Assembly: GCA_966212505.1 (NCBI GenBank)
Contig: CBIHRS010000027.1
Location: forward strand, 1 to 64,000
Source of the DNA: an uncultured bacterium
GTDB lineage: Bacteria; Pseudomonadota; Gammaproteobacteria; Burkholderiales; Burkholderiaceae_C
Direction of reading: 5' to 3'
Length of the DNA: 64,000 nt
Of the stretch, positions 54,514-64,000 are shown piece by piece. The translations under genes and the position numbers were made by a program. The notes beneath the pieces are model-generated. The model saw nothing but the letters and a program-made list of their open reading frames with translations, was not told where the DNA came from and made no database searches. Position 1 is the first letter of the stretch; each line of letters begins with the position of its first letter.

Positions 54514-55680
54514 TCAGAACGCAGCCAGCCCCAACAGTTCCGCGGCACGCAGCGCCACGGAACGCGCTTCGGCCGGCTGGGCTGCGGTGACCGTCAGGTG
54601 GCCCATCTTGCGACCGGGGCGCGCGCTGGTCTTGCCGTACAGGTGCAGGTGCACGCCGGGCAGCGCCAGCACCTGCTGCCAGGCCGGCGTGCGCTCATGG
54701 CCCTGGGCATCGAACCACAGGTCGCCGAGCAGGTTGAGCATCACCGTGGCCGAGTGCAGCCGGGGCGCGACGAGCGGCAGGCCGGCCATCGCCCGCACCT
54801 GCAGGTCGAACTGCGACACGTCGCAGGCGTCGATGCTGTAGTGACCCGAGTTGTGCGGCCGCGGCGCCATCTCGTTGGCCACGAGCGAACCGTCGGCCAG
54901 CACGAAGAACTCGACGCACAGCACGCCCACATAGTGCATCTCGGCGGCGATGCGTTCGGCGCAGCGCACCGCCTGCACCTGCAGCTCATGGCTGGCATCG
55001 GGTGCCGGCACCTGGGTGACGGCCAGGATGCCGTCACGGTGCAGGTTCTGCTGCACCGGGAAATGCACCACCTCGCCGGCCGCGTTGCGGGCGACGATCA
55101 CGCTGAGCTCCAGCGCCAGCGCCAGCCGCTTCTCCAGCACGCAGGGCACGCGCTTGAGCGCATCCCACGCAGCCGCGAGTTCAGCCCGGGAGCCCACGCG
55201 CACCTGGCCCTTGCCGTCGTAGCCCATGCGGGCCGTCTTCAGGATGCCGGGCAGCAGGTCGTCGCTCGCGGCGGCGAGCTGCTCCGGCGTCTCGATCAGC
55301 AGGTGCGGCGCACAGGGAACGCCGCAGCGTACGAACTGCGACTTCTCGGCTGAACGGTCCTGGCAGATCGACACGGCGTCGGCCGCGGGCGCCACCGGGC
55401 GCGATGCAGCCAGCGTGGCCAACGCCTGCGCTGGCACGTTCTCGAATTCGGTCGTGATCGCGGCGCAGGTCTCGGCCAGCTGCTTCAGGCCCTGCGCATC
55501 CAGGTAGTCGGCACGGATGTGCTGATGCGCCACCACGCCGGCCGGGCTGCTCTCGTCGGGGTCGAGCACCACGGTGGCGTAGCCCAGCGTCTGCGCGGCA
55601 TGCACGAACATGCGGCCGAGCTGGCCGCCGCCGAGCACGCCCAGGGTCACCGCTTCGCCCGGCAGGATGGCTTCGCTCAC
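54514..55680 (-). CDS. purK: N5-carboxyaminoimidazole ribonucleotide synthase
   Basis: ATP-grasp protein (LGVLGGGQLGRMF). 4-bp overlap with purE. Confidence 0.93.
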   Translation of the reverse strand: MSEAILPGEAVTLGVLGGGQLGRMFVHAAQTLGYATVVLDPDESSPAGVVAHQHIRADYLDAQGLKQLAETCAAITTEFENVPAQALATLAASRPVAPAADAVSICQDRSAEKSQFVRCGVPCAPHLLIETPEQLAAASDDLLPGILKTARMGYDGKGQVRVGSRAELAAAWDALKRVPCVLEKRLALALELSVIVARNAAGEVVHFPVQQNLHRDGILAVTQVPAPDASHELQVQAVRCAERIAAEMHYVGVLCVEFFVLADGSLVANEMAPRPHNSGHYSIDACDVSQFDLQVRAMAGLPLVAPRLHSATVMLNLLGDLWFDAQGHERTPAWQQVLALPGVHLHLYGKTSARPGRKMGHLTVTAAQPAEARSVALRAAELLGLAAF

Positions 55681-56174
55681 GTCAGCTCCTGGGTCATCGC
55701 GCGCGCTGCCTCGGTCTGGCGGGCACGGAAGGCTTCGAGCTGCTCGCGCAGCTTCGGGTCTTCGTTGGCCAGCATCGCCACGGCAAACAGCGCCGCGTTG
55801 CCCGCGCCGGCCGTGCCGATCGCGAACGTGGCCACGGGGATGCCCTTGGGCATCTGCACGATCGAGTGCAGCGAATCCACGCCCTGCAGGTGCCGGCTGG
55901 CGACCGGCACGCCCAGCACCGGCACGGTGGTCTTGGCGGCGATCATGCCCGGCAGGTGGGCGGCGCCGCCGGCCCCGGCGATGATGGCCTTGAGCCCGCG
56001 GCCGGCGGCCGCTTCGGCATAGGCGAACATGTCGTCGGGCATGCGGTGGGCCGAGACCACACGCGCTTCATGAGGAATGCCGAACTCGGCGAGAATCTGG
56101 GTCGCGTGTTTCAAGGTCTCCCAGTCGCTGCTGGAACCCATCACCACACCGACCACGGGCGGGGCACTCGTCAA
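55677..56174 (-). CDS. purE: N5-carboxyaminoimidazole ribonucleotide mutase
   Basis: PurE motifs (VVGVVMGSSSDWETL, AGGAAHLPGMIAA). TTG start chosen 7 nt after GGAG. The longer ORF upstream is out of character for PurE. Confidence 0.88.
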   Translation of the reverse strand: MTSAPPVVGVVMGSSSDWETLKHATQILAEFGIPHEARVVSAHRMPDDMFAYAEAAAGRGLKAIIAGAGGAAHLPGMIAAKTTVPVLGVPVASRHLQGVDSLHSIVQMPKGIPVATFAIGTAGAGNAALFAVAMLANEDPKLREQLEAFRARQTEAARAMTQELT

Positions 56175-56258
56175 GGCTCGCTCCGGTGCTTGCGGGAAAC
56201 CTTGAATTGTAGGCGGCGCGGCGCCATCCTCCTTTCCGACGACTCCTTGTCCGGACCC

Positions 56259-57203
56259 ATGATCGACATCACCCTCCAGAACTTCGAAGCCGACCTGATC
56301 CAGGACTCGCTGCGCCAGCCGGTGCTGCTCGACATCTGGGCGCCGTGGTGCGGCCCCTGCCGCACACTGGGCCCCATCCTCGAGAAGCTCGAGGGGGCCT
56401 ATGCGGGCCGCTTCAAGCTGGCCAAGCTCAACAGCGACGAGCAGCCCGAGATCGCCGGCCAGCTGAGCCAGGCTTTCGGCGTGCGCAGCATTCCGTTCTG
56501 CGTGCTGTTCGACCAGGGCCAGCCGGTCGACGGCTTCGTCGGCGCCCTGCCCGAGGCGCAGATCCGCCAGTTCCTCGACAAGCACGTGCCCAGCCCGGAA
56601 GAGCTCGAGGCCGAAGACCAGACCGAAGAAGCCGCCGAGCTGGCGGCCGAAGGCGATGCCGACGGCGCGCTCGACCGCCTGCAGCAGGCCGTGGCCATCG
56701 ACCCCGGCAACGACGCGGTGCGCTGCGACTACATCAAGCTGCTGGTCGAGACCGGCCGCATCGAGCAGGCGCGCCAGGCCTGGGAGCCGGTGGCCAGCAA
56801 GGCGCTGGTCGACGGCCGCATCGCCGCGCTCGGCCACTGGATCACCGCCGCCGAGAAGGCCGCCAACGCCCGCAGCCCCGAGGCGCTGGCGGCAGCCATC
56901 GCCGCCAACAAGCGCGACTTCGATGCGCGCTTCGAACTCGCCCAGACCTACTTCGCCGCCGGCCACTTCACCCAGGCGATGGACGAGCTGCTCGAGATCG
57001 TGATGCGCGACAAGGCCTGGAACGACGAGCTCGCGCGCAAGACCTATGTCGCGATCCTCGAGCTGATGAGCAAGCCGGCCCCCAAGCCCACGGCACAGGC
57101 GGAAGCCAAGGGCGCGCTGGAAGTGACCGGCAAGACGGCGGTGGCGCCGAGCGATCCGGTGATCGACCAATACCGGCGCAAGCTCAGCATGGCGCTGTTC
57201 TGA
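56259..57203 (+). CDS. ybbN: thioredoxin-domain/TPR co-chaperone YbbN (CnoX-like)
   Basis: Thioredoxin fold with WAPWCGPC, followed by TPR-like helical repeats. Confidence 0.85.
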   Translation: MIDITLQNFEADLIQDSLRQPVLLDIWAPWCGPCRTLGPILEKLEGAYAGRFKLAKLNSDEQPEIAGQLSQAFGVRSIPFCVLFDQGQPVDGFVGALPEAQIRQFLDKHVPSPEELEAEDQTEEAAELAAEGDADGALDRLQQAVAIDPGNDAVRCDYIKLLVETGRIEQARQAWEPVASKALVDGRIAALGHWITAAEKAANARSPEALAAAIAANKRDFDARFELAQTYFAAGHFTQAMDELLEIVMRDKAWNDELARKTYVAILELMSKPAPKPTAQAEAKGALEVTGKTAVAPSDPVIDQYRRKLSMALF

Positions 57204-57232
57204 ACTGAACCGCGGCCCGCGGCCGCGGGCGT

Positions 57233-58351
57233 TCACACCGGGGACAGCCCGGCCAGTGCCTCGTTCAGCATGCCGAGCCAGGCCTCCTGCTGGGCAGAAA
57301 AGGCCGCATGGTCGGCCAGTGCCGCGGCCTGGTGCAGCGCCGCCTTCTCCGGCTCGCCGAAGGCCTCGAACAGTTGCGTCAGCCGCGCATGCGCCACGGC
57401 GCGGTCATCGAGATCACACGGCGAATCGGCCATCGCCTGCACGGCGAAGCGTGCCTCCTCACGAGCTTCGGCTTCGCGGCCGGTCTTCAACAGACACCAG
57501 GCGCGGTCGGCATACAGGCAGGGCTCCATGCGTTCGCGCCAGACCTCCTCCGCCCGGTCGCCATGCTGCTCGAACAGCTCCAAAGCCTCGGCGAAGCGGT
57601 TTTCCACCACCAGCAGCTGCGCCCGCATCAGCGGCACCAGCCAGTCGAGCGAAAGCAGCCCGATCGCCGCATCGAAGTGGATGGTGGACTCGGTCCCCAT
57701 CACCGCATGCAGCTGCTGCGAACCATCAGCGCTACCGAACGCAGCGGCCCGGCGCGCCTGATCGCTGCGCATGCCGGCCTGGTTGTAGATGACCGCGCTG
57801 AGCGCGACCTCGTCCCCGTCGGCCAGCGCATGGCGGCGTGCGGCGGCATACCACGGCAAGCCCAGGTCGAGCCGGCCGCAGAAGTGATAACCGGTGCCCA
57901 CCGTCAGGCAGGCGCGCCAGCGGGCGCCATGGTCATCGTCGGCAGCCAGCCGCAGTGCCTCGGCCACCAGCTGCGCTGTGCGCAGGCGGTCGTTGCGCAC
58001 GTCGCAGGCGTGGGCCAGCCACGCAGCGCTCAAGGCCTGCAGCGGCTTCAGCTGGGCCGCCGTGCTGAGAGCATACGCGCGCTGGAAGCGATCGTGCGCG
58101 CTGCTGCTCAGGCGGCTGTAGTGGTCCAGCTGCCCTTCGGCCAGCGCGAGCCAGCCGCTGACCGCCACATGAGGTTGACGAGCGAACTGGCGCTGGATCT
58201 CCTGCAATTGCTGCTTGGCCGTCTCGACCTGGCCATGGCGCCCGAGAAAGCCTGCGCGCTCGGCCTTCAGGCACGCGAGCTCCACGGGATTGCGGGTACG
58301 GGCGCTCGCCGCGTCCAGGCGGGCGAGCAGGCGCGACACCACCGGCGGCAT
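57233..58351 (-). CDS. hypothetical helical-repeat (TPR-like) protein
   Basis: 372 aa, GC3-biased, no recognisable catalytic motifs. Sits between ybbN and purC. Confidence 0.5.
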   Translation of the reverse strand: MPPVVSRLLARLDAASARTRNPVELACLKAERAGFLGRHGQVETAKQQLQEIQRQFARQPHVAVSGWLALAEGQLDHYSRLSSSAHDRFQRAYALSTAAQLKPLQALSAAWLAHACDVRNDRLRTAQLVAEALRLAADDDHGARWRACLTVGTGYHFCGRLDLGLPWYAAARRHALADGDEVALSAVIYNQAGMRSDQARRAAAFGSADGSQQLHAVMGTESTIHFDAAIGLLSLDWLVPLMRAQLLVVENRFAEALELFEQHGDRAEEVWRERMEPCLYADRAWCLLKTGREAEAREEARFAVQAMADSPCDLDDRAVAHARLTQLFEAFGEPEKAALHQAAALADHAAFSAQQEAWLGMLNEALAGLSPV

Positions 58352-58370
58352 GGCGGCAGCTCCCAGGGGA

Positions 58371-59279
58371 TCAGGCGGTCAGGCGCTGCAGCGCCTCGCG
58401 GTACTTGGCCGCCGTCTTCTCGATCACGTCGGCCGGCAGTTGCGGCGCGGGTGGCTTCTTGTTCCAGGGTTGGCCGTTCACACGGGCCTGCTCCAGCCAA
58501 TCCCGCACGAACTGCTTGTCGTAGCTGGGCGGGTTGCGGCCAGCCTCGAACGCGGCCTGGTAGCCCTCGATCGGCCAGAAGCGCGAGGAGTCGGGCGTGA
58601 GCACCTCGTCCATCAGCGTCAGCGTGCCGTTGTCGTCGAGGCCGAACTCGAACTTGGTGTCGGCGATGATGATGCCCTTGGTCAGCGCGAAGTCGGCCGC
58701 CGTCTTGTAGAGCTTGATCGCGACGTCGCGCACCTGGGCCGCCAGCTCGCTGCCGATGACGCCGGCGATGTGCTCGAAGCTGACGTTCTCGTCGTGCTCA
58801 CCCACCGCCGCCTTGGTAGCGGGCGTGAAGATGGGTTCGGGCAGCTTGGAGGCGTTCTTCAGGCCTTCCGGCAGCGCCACGCCACAGACCGAGCGCGAGG
58901 CCTGGTATTCGGTCCAGCCGGAGCCCGCCAAGTAGCCGCGCACCACGGCTTCCACCGGCAGCGGCTTCAGCCGCTTGACCAGCATCGAGCGCTCGCGCAC
59001 CTGGGCCACCTCGTCGGCCGCAACCACGCTCTCCGGCGCCTCGCCCGTCAGGTGGTTGGGCACGATGCCCTTGAGCTTGTCGAACCAGAACAAGGCCATC
59101 TGGGTCAGCAGCGCGCCCTTGCCGGGGATCGGCTCGCCCATCACCACGTCGTAGGCCGAGAGCCGGTCGCTGGCGACCATCAGGATGCGGTCGGTGCCGA
59201 CGGCGTAGTTGTCGCGCACCTTGCCGCGGGCCAGCAGGGGCAGGGAATGCAGGGAACTTTGGAGCAGCGCAGCAGACAC
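58371..59279 (-). CDS. purC: phosphoribosylaminoimidazole-succinocarboxamide synthase
   Basis: Long-form SAICAR synthetase ([16 protein letters not shown]). Confidence 0.93.
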   Translation of the reverse strand: MSAALLQSSLHSLPLLARGKVRDNYAVGTDRILMVASDRLSAYDVVMGEPIPGKGALLTQMALFWFDKLKGIVPNHLTGEAPESVVAADEVAQVRERSMLVKRLKPLPVEAVVRGYLAGSGWTEYQASRSVCGVALPEGLKNASKLPEPIFTPATKAAVGEHDENVSFEHIAGVIGSELAAQVRDVAIKLYKTAADFALTKGIIIADTKFEFGLDDNGTLTLMDEVLTPDSSRFWPIEGYQAAFEAGRNPPSYDKQFVRDWLEQARVNGQPWNKKPPAPQLPADVIEKTAAKYREALQRLTA

Positions 59280-59425
59280 GGCAGGGGCCTCTCAGGGTGA
59301 CCCCGGATTGTAAGTTGCGTATCTCGGACGCCCAAGGGGGATGCATCCTCAAGGTTGAGGATGGATTCCTTGAAAAAGCGAAAAGGGCGCCTCTCGGCGC
59401 CCTTGGAAATCGGCTGTCGCCGGCT

Positions 59426-60490
59426 TCAGTTGACAGTCTGCGCCAGCTGGCCCGACGCGTAGCGCTGGGCGATCTCGGACAGCGACACCGCCTTGATCTT
59501 GCCGGCCTGGCCTTCGCAGCCGAACTCCATGTAGCGCTGCTTGCAGACCTTGTAGGCCGCCTCGCGCGCGGGCTTCAGCCACTCGCGGGCGTCGAACTTG
59601 TCGGGGTTCTCGGCCATGAACTTGCGCACCGCGCCGGTCATCGCCAGGCGGATGTCGGTGTCGATGTTGATCTTGCGCACGCCGTGCTTGATGGCTTCCT
59701 GGATCTCCTCGACCGGCACGCCGTAGGTCTCCTTCATCTTGCCGCCGTACTGGTTGATCTGCGCCAGCAGATCCTGCGGCACCGACGACGAACCGTGCAT
59801 CACCAAGTGGGTGTTCGGGATGCGGCGGTGGATTTCCTTCACGCGGTCGATCGCGAGGATGTCGCCGGTGGGCTTGCGGCTGAACTTGTAGGCGCCGTGG
59901 CTGGTGCCGATGGCGATGGCCAGCGCATCGAGCTGGGTACGCTTGACGAAATCGGCGGCCTGCTCCGGGTCGGTGAGCAGTTGCTCACGGGTCATCGTGC
60001 CTTCGGCGCCGTGGCCGTCTTCCTTGTCGCCCTTCATGGTCTCGAGCGAGCCCAGGCAGCCCAGTTCTCCCTCCACGGTGACGCCCAGCGCATGGGCCAT
60101 GTCGACCACCTTCTTCGTGACCTCGACGTTGTACTCGTAGCTGGCGATGGTCTTGCCGTCGGCATTGAGCGAGCCGTCCATCATCACCGAGCTGAAGCCC
60201 AGGTCGATGGCGCCCTTGCAGATGTCGGGGCTCTGGCCGTGGTCCTGGTGCATCACCAGCGGAATGTGCGGGTAGGCCTCGAGCGCGCCCAGGATCAGGT
60301 GCTTGATGAACGCTTCGCCGGCGTATTTGCGGGCGCCGGCGCTGGCCTGCAGGATCACCGGGGCGTTGACCTCGGCGGCGGCCGTCATCACAGCCTGCAC
60401 CTGCTCGAGGTTGTTGACGTTGAACGCCGGAATGCCATAGCCGTTTTCGGCGGCATGGTCGAGCAGCTGGCGCATGGAGACGAGTGGCAT
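59426..60490 (-). CDS. fba: fructose-bisphosphate aldolase, class II
   Basis: Motifs [20 protein letters not shown] and the Zn-binding His. Confidence 0.95.
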   Translation of the reverse strand: MPLVSMRQLLDHAAENGYGIPAFNVNNLEQVQAVMTAAAEVNAPVILQASAGARKYAGEAFIKHLILGALEAYPHIPLVMHQDHGQSPDICKGAIDLGFSSVMMDGSLNADGKTIASYEYNVEVTKKVVDMAHALGVTVEGELGCLGSLETMKGDKEDGHGAEGTMTREQLLTDPEQAADFVKRTQLDALAIAIGTSHGAYKFSRKPTGDILAIDRVKEIHRRIPNTHLVMHGSSSVPQDLLAQINQYGGKMKETYGVPVEEIQEAIKHGVRKINIDTDIRLAMTGAVRKFMAENPDKFDAREWLKPAREAAYKVCKQRYMEFGCEGQAGKIKAVSLSEIAQRYASGQLAQTVN

Positions 60491-60760
60491 GGCGATCTTC
60501 CTGAAAGTGGATAAGCAATGCAGGCGCGCGAGCGGCCTCGTGCACCCGTTCCGGGCCGAAGCAAGGCCGATGCCGCTCCGGCGTGTGGAATGGTGCGCCG
60601 TAACCGCGCCGTAACTCGAAAGATTCTAGCGGCCGACAGGGTCGGCACCGTGGCAGCCGGCCGGCAACACACGCAACTGACCCGCAAACAGGTGGCTTTT
60701 CGCGGCATGCCCGGCTCCCGCCCCGCCGGACACTGGTCCCCCAGCTACTGGAAGCCTGCG

Positions 60761-61789
60761 ATGCGCCGTCTTTCCATTCCCCAATTCACCACGTGGATCA
60801 CCGCTGCCGCCCAGCAGCGGCCGGACGATTTGGCCACGCTGGTGGTCGAGCGCACCGGCTGCAGCCGGAGTTCGGCACTGAAGGCGCTGAAGCGGCTGGT
60901 CGAGACCCAGTGGCTGACGCGCACCGGCAGCATGCGCCGACCCGTCTATGCGCCCGGGCTGCTGCGGCAGGTGGTCAAGCGCTACCCGCTGGCCGGCCTG
61001 TCGGAAGACCTGCCGTGGTCGCGCGACTTCGCACCGTATTTCGCGCTGCCGGCGCCGGTGGGCCGCATGCTGCAGCACGCCTTCCAGGAGCTGCTGAACA
61101 ACGCGATCGACCATTCGGGCGGCAGCAGCGTGACGGTCTCGGTGCGCCAGACGCCGAACCAGGTGCAGCTGCTGATCTCGGATGACGGCCTGGGCCTGTT
61201 CGACCGTGTGCGCGAATCCTTCGACATCGAGGATCCGATGCACGCGATGCTCGAGCTGAGCAAGGGCAAGCTGACCAGCGCGCCCGACCGGCACACCGGC
61301 CGCGGCCTGTTCTTCACCTCGCAGCTGGCCGACGTGTTCGATCTGCATGCCAACGGCTCGGCCTTCCAGCGCCGCGGCTGGGAGGGTTCGGGCTGGCGCA
61401 GCGGCAAGCCGCTGCAGCAGCAGGGCGGTACCTCGGTCTACCTGGCGATCTCGCTCGACACGCAGCGCACGCTGGAGTCGGTGCTCGAGGCCTGGAGCTG
61501 CGACCACAGCGGCGTGGCCTTCGACCGCACCAACATCTCGCTGCGCCTGATGACCGGCATGAACACGGCCCTGGATTCACGCGCCCAGGCCCGGCGCGTC
61601 GTCGCCCGGCTGCAGCAGTTCCGCCGCGCCGAGGTGGATTTCTCCGGCGTCAACGACGTGGGCCACGGCTTCGCCGACGAGCTGTTCCGCGTGTTCGCGC
61701 GCAGCCATCCCGGCGTGGAAATCGTGCCGATGAACATGTCGCCGCGCATCGCGGCGCTGGTGAACGCCGTCAACGCCGGCATGGCCTGA
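60761..61789 (+). CDS. three-part hypothetical protein: N-terminal wHTH-like region, GHKL (HATPase_c) ATP-binding region, C-terminal DUF4325 (STAS-like) domain
   Basis: N-box-like ELLNNAIDHS, G-box LISDDGLGLFD, G2-like GRGLF. The C-terminal ~80 aa (EVDFSGVNDVGHGFADELFRVF...PRIAALV) looks STAS/DUF4325-like. Stand-alone gene between fba and pyk on the opposite strand. Confidence 0.6.
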   Translation: MRRLSIPQFTTWITAAAQQRPDDLATLVVERTGCSRSSALKALKRLVETQWLTRTGSMRRPVYAPGLLRQVVKRYPLAGLSEDLPWSRDFAPYFALPAPVGRMLQHAFQELLNNAIDHSGGSSVTVSVRQTPNQVQLLISDDGLGLFDRVRESFDIEDPMHAMLELSKGKLTSAPDRHTGRGLFFTSQLADVFDLHANGSAFQRRGWEGSGWRSGKPLQQQGGTSVYLAISLDTQRTLESVLEAWSCDHSGVAFDRTNISLRLMTGMNTALDSRAQARRVVARLQQFRRAEVDFSGVNDVGHGFADELFRVFARSHPGVEIVPMNMSPRIAALVNAVNAGMA

Positions 61790-61804
61790 CGGCCAGGGTG
61801 GGGG

Positions 61805-63235
61805 TCACCCGACCCTGCAGACCTTCAGCATGTTGGTGCCGCCGGGGTAGCCCATCGGCTCCCCGCAGGTGATCGCGTAGGTATCGCCCGGCTTCAGCAC
61901 GCCGCGCTCGACGAGGATGTGCTCGGCCGCGGCCAGCGCCTGGTCGCGGTCCTGGTAGCCGTCCATCGCGATCGGTGTCACGTTGCGGAACAGCGCCATC
62001 CGCCGCTCGCTGACCACCTGCGAGGTGAGGCCGTAGATCGGCACGTGCACCCGGTGGCGGCTCATCCACAGTGCGGTGGAGCCGGATTCCGTCAGCGCGA
62101 GGATGGCCTTGCAGCCCAGGTGGTGGGCGGTGAACAGCGCCCCCATCGCAATCGACTGGTCGATGCGGCCGAAGCGCTTGTTCGTGAAGTCGGCATCGAG
62201 CGACACGTCTTCGGCGCGCTCGGCCTCCTCGGCAATCGCCGCCATCGCCTCCACCGTCTCGATCGGGTACTTGCCGGCGGCCGTCTCGGCGCTGAGCATC
62301 ACCGCATCGGTGCCATCGAGCACGGCATTGGCCACGTCGCTCACCTCGGCACGGGTGGGCACCGGGTTGACGATCATCGACTCCATCATCTGGGTCGCGG
62401 TGATCACCACCTTGTCCATCTCGCGCGCCATCTTGATCATGCGCTTCTGCAGCGCCGGCACCGCCGCGTTGCCGACCTCGACCGCGAGGTCGCCGCGCGC
62501 AACCATGATGCCGTCGCTGGCCTTCAGGATGCCTTCGAGCACGGGAATCGCCTCGCTGCGCTCGATCTTGGCAATCATCCCCGGCTTGTGGCGCCACGGC
62601 TCGCCGGCCACGTTGGCCAGCTGGCGCGCCATTTCCATGTCGGTGGCGTTCTTCGGAAAGCTCACCGCCAGGTACTCGCACTGGAAGCTCATCGCGGTCT
62701 TGATGTCTTCCATGTCCTTGGCGGTCAGCGCCGGGGCGGTGAGGCCGCCGCCGGCCTTGTTGATGCCCTTGTTGTTGCTGAGCTCGCCGCCGATCTTGAC
62801 GGTGGTGTGCACCTCGTCGCCGCGCACGTATTCCACGGTCAGCACGATCAGACCGTCGTTCAGCAGCAGCGTGTCGCCGGGCTTCACGTCGCGCGGCAGC
62901 TCCTTGTAGTCGAGGCCGACGCGGCCGTTGTTGCCGGGCGTCTTCAGGCTGGCATCGAGGATGAAGGGCTGGCCGTTCTCGAGCAGGGTCTTGCCCTCTT
63001 CGAACTTGCCGACGCGGATCTTGGGGCCCTGCAGGTCGGCCATGATGGCCACCGACTTGCCGACACGGGCCGCCGCCTCACGGACCAGGGTGGCGCGGTC
63101 GATATGGTCCTGCGCCTTGCCATGGGAGAAGTTGAGCCGCACCACGTCGACCCCCGCCCGGATCATTCGCTCCAGGACCTCCGGGGAAGAGGAGGCAGGG
63201 CCGAGCGTGGCGACGATCTTGGTCTGGCGAGGCAT
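61805..63235 (-). CDS. pyk: pyruvate kinase
   Basis: Motifs TKIVATLGPASS, MVARGDLAVE and a C-terminal allosteric domain. Start at Met12 of the ORF. Confidence 0.95.
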   Translation of the reverse strand: MPRQTKIVATLGPASSSPEVLERMIRAGVDVVRLNFSHGKAQDHIDRATLVREAAARVGKSVAIMADLQGPKIRVGKFEEGKTLLENGQPFILDASLKTPGNNGRVGLDYKELPRDVKPGDTLLLNDGLIVLTVEYVRGDEVHTTVKIGGELSNNKGINKAGGGLTAPALTAKDMEDIKTAMSFQCEYLAVSFPKNATDMEMARQLANVAGEPWRHKPGMIAKIERSEAIPVLEGILKASDGIMVARGDLAVEVGNAAVPALQKRMIKMAREMDKVVITATQMMESMIVNPVPTRAEVSDVANAVLDGTDAVMLSAETAAGKYPIETVEAMAAIAEEAERAEDVSLDADFTNKRFGRIDQSIAMGALFTAHHLGCKAILALTESGSTALWMSRHRVHVPIYGLTSQVVSERRMALFRNVTPIAMDGYQDRDQALAAAEHILVERGVLKPGDTYAITCGEPMGYPGGTNMLKVCRVG

Positions 63236-63354
63236 GAAACGGACTCCGGCTGAGGGGGCAACCTGCAATTATTGCGGCCGATCATGCCTCAAAGGCGAAC
63301 CTGGGTTACAAGAGGGGAACAACCTCGTTCCCCTCCCCTCGCCCCTTCGGCACT

Positions 63355-64000
63355 TCAGCGTTCGGCGCAAGCGTCGGCCACGGCCAGCGCCGTCATGTTG
63401 ACGACGCGGCGCATGGTGGCCGACGGCGTCAGCACGTGCGCCGGCTGCGCCGCGCCCAGCAGGATCGGGCCGACGGTGACGCCATGGCCGCCGGTCATCT
63501 TCAGCACGTTGAAGAGGATGTTGGCCGCGTCGAGGTTGGGCAGCACCAGCAGGTTGGCTTCGCCCTTGAGCGAGCTGTCGGGCAGGAAGCGGTCGCGCAG
63601 CTCCTGCGACAACGCCGCATCGCCGTGCAACTCGCCGTCGCATTCGATCTCGGGCGCCATGCCCTTGAAGAGCTGGGCCGCCGCACGCATGCGCCTGGCC
63701 GATTCGCGCGTCGACGAACCGAACATCGAGTGCGACAGGAAGGCCACCTTGGGCGGCAGGCCGAAACGTTGCACTTCCTCGGCCGCCATCAGCGCGATGT
63801 GCGCCAGCGCCTCGGCGCTCGGCTGCTCGTTGACGAAGGTGTCGGTCAGGAACAGCGTGCGGGTGTCGAGCAGCAACGCGTTCATCGCGGCCATTGCCTG
63901 CGCGCCAGGCTTCATGCCGATGACGTCGCGGATGTGCTCGAAGTGGTGCTCGAACCGGCCGACCAGGCCGCACAGCATCGCGTCGGCGTCGCCGCGCTTG
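63355..64000 (-). CDS. phosphate acetyltransferase-like domain protein, C-terminal part (Pta or NADP-malic enzyme MaeB C-terminus; 5' end outside window)
   Basis: PTA_PTB fold C-terminus (SHSMFGSS, ECDGELHGDAAL, VLVLPNLDAANI). The ORF runs off the window end. Confidence 0.6.
   Translation of the reverse strand, partial: KRGDADAMLCGLVGRFEHHFEHIRDVIGMKPGAQAMAAMNALLLDTRTLFLTDTFVNEQPSAEALAHIALMAAEEVQRFGLPPKVAFLSHSMFGSSTRESARRMRAAAQLFKGMAPEIECDGELHGDAALSQELRDRFLPDSSLKGEANLLVLPNLDAANILFNVLKMTGGHGVTVGPILLGAAQPAHVLTPSATMRRVVNMTALAVADACAER

Noticed and set aside
63300-63345. 9-bp hairpin GAGGGGAAC-AACCT-CGTTCCCCTC between the pta-like gene and pyk
   Set aside because: No U-tract on either strand in the right position. 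It may still act as a weak terminator or REP-like element, but evidence is insufficient.

Overview
This is a high-GC (about 68-70%) chromosomal segment from a betaproteobacterium, probably a Burkholderiales/Rubrivivax-like organism that uses exosortase, since three PEP-CTERM proteins are present. All of the following was inferred by eye from the sequence and the ORF track; no searches were run.

Most of the window is dense core housekeeping: convergent ppk1/ppx, glmS with a divergent AsnC/Lrp regulator, rlmI, xerC-DUF484-dapF, two lpxL-type acyltransferases divergent from metK, an SAH-riboswitch-led ahcY-tlyA-metF operon, slt, cca, ttcA, glmU, tsaB-rimI-udg, dacB, purK-purE, purC, fba and pyk. 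Many long ORFs in the supplied track are antisense or alternate-frame shadows of real genes, as expected at this GC content, and were rejected.

The less ordinary content is in five places:
- A translationally coupled HAD(partial)-NADAR(YbiA-like)-DUF4291 operon at the 5' end.
- A small accessory-looking patch at roughly 9.1-13.4 kb. It holds a perfect AT-rich 12-bp inverted-repeat operator ahead of an AKP-rich/RHH-like small protein, a promoter/small-ORF/terminator module, an HNH endonuclease, a tRNA with a non-canonical acceptor stem, a cytoplasmic SPFH/Clp-fold-protease pair, and an orphan LexA-type SOS box.
- A frameshifted tfoX.
- An in-frame fusion of an FAD-oxidoreductase to FolB.
- A stand-alone wHTH/GHKL-ATPase/DUF4325 protein inserted between fba and pyk.

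No CRISPR array, IS element, phage integrase or rRNA was found.
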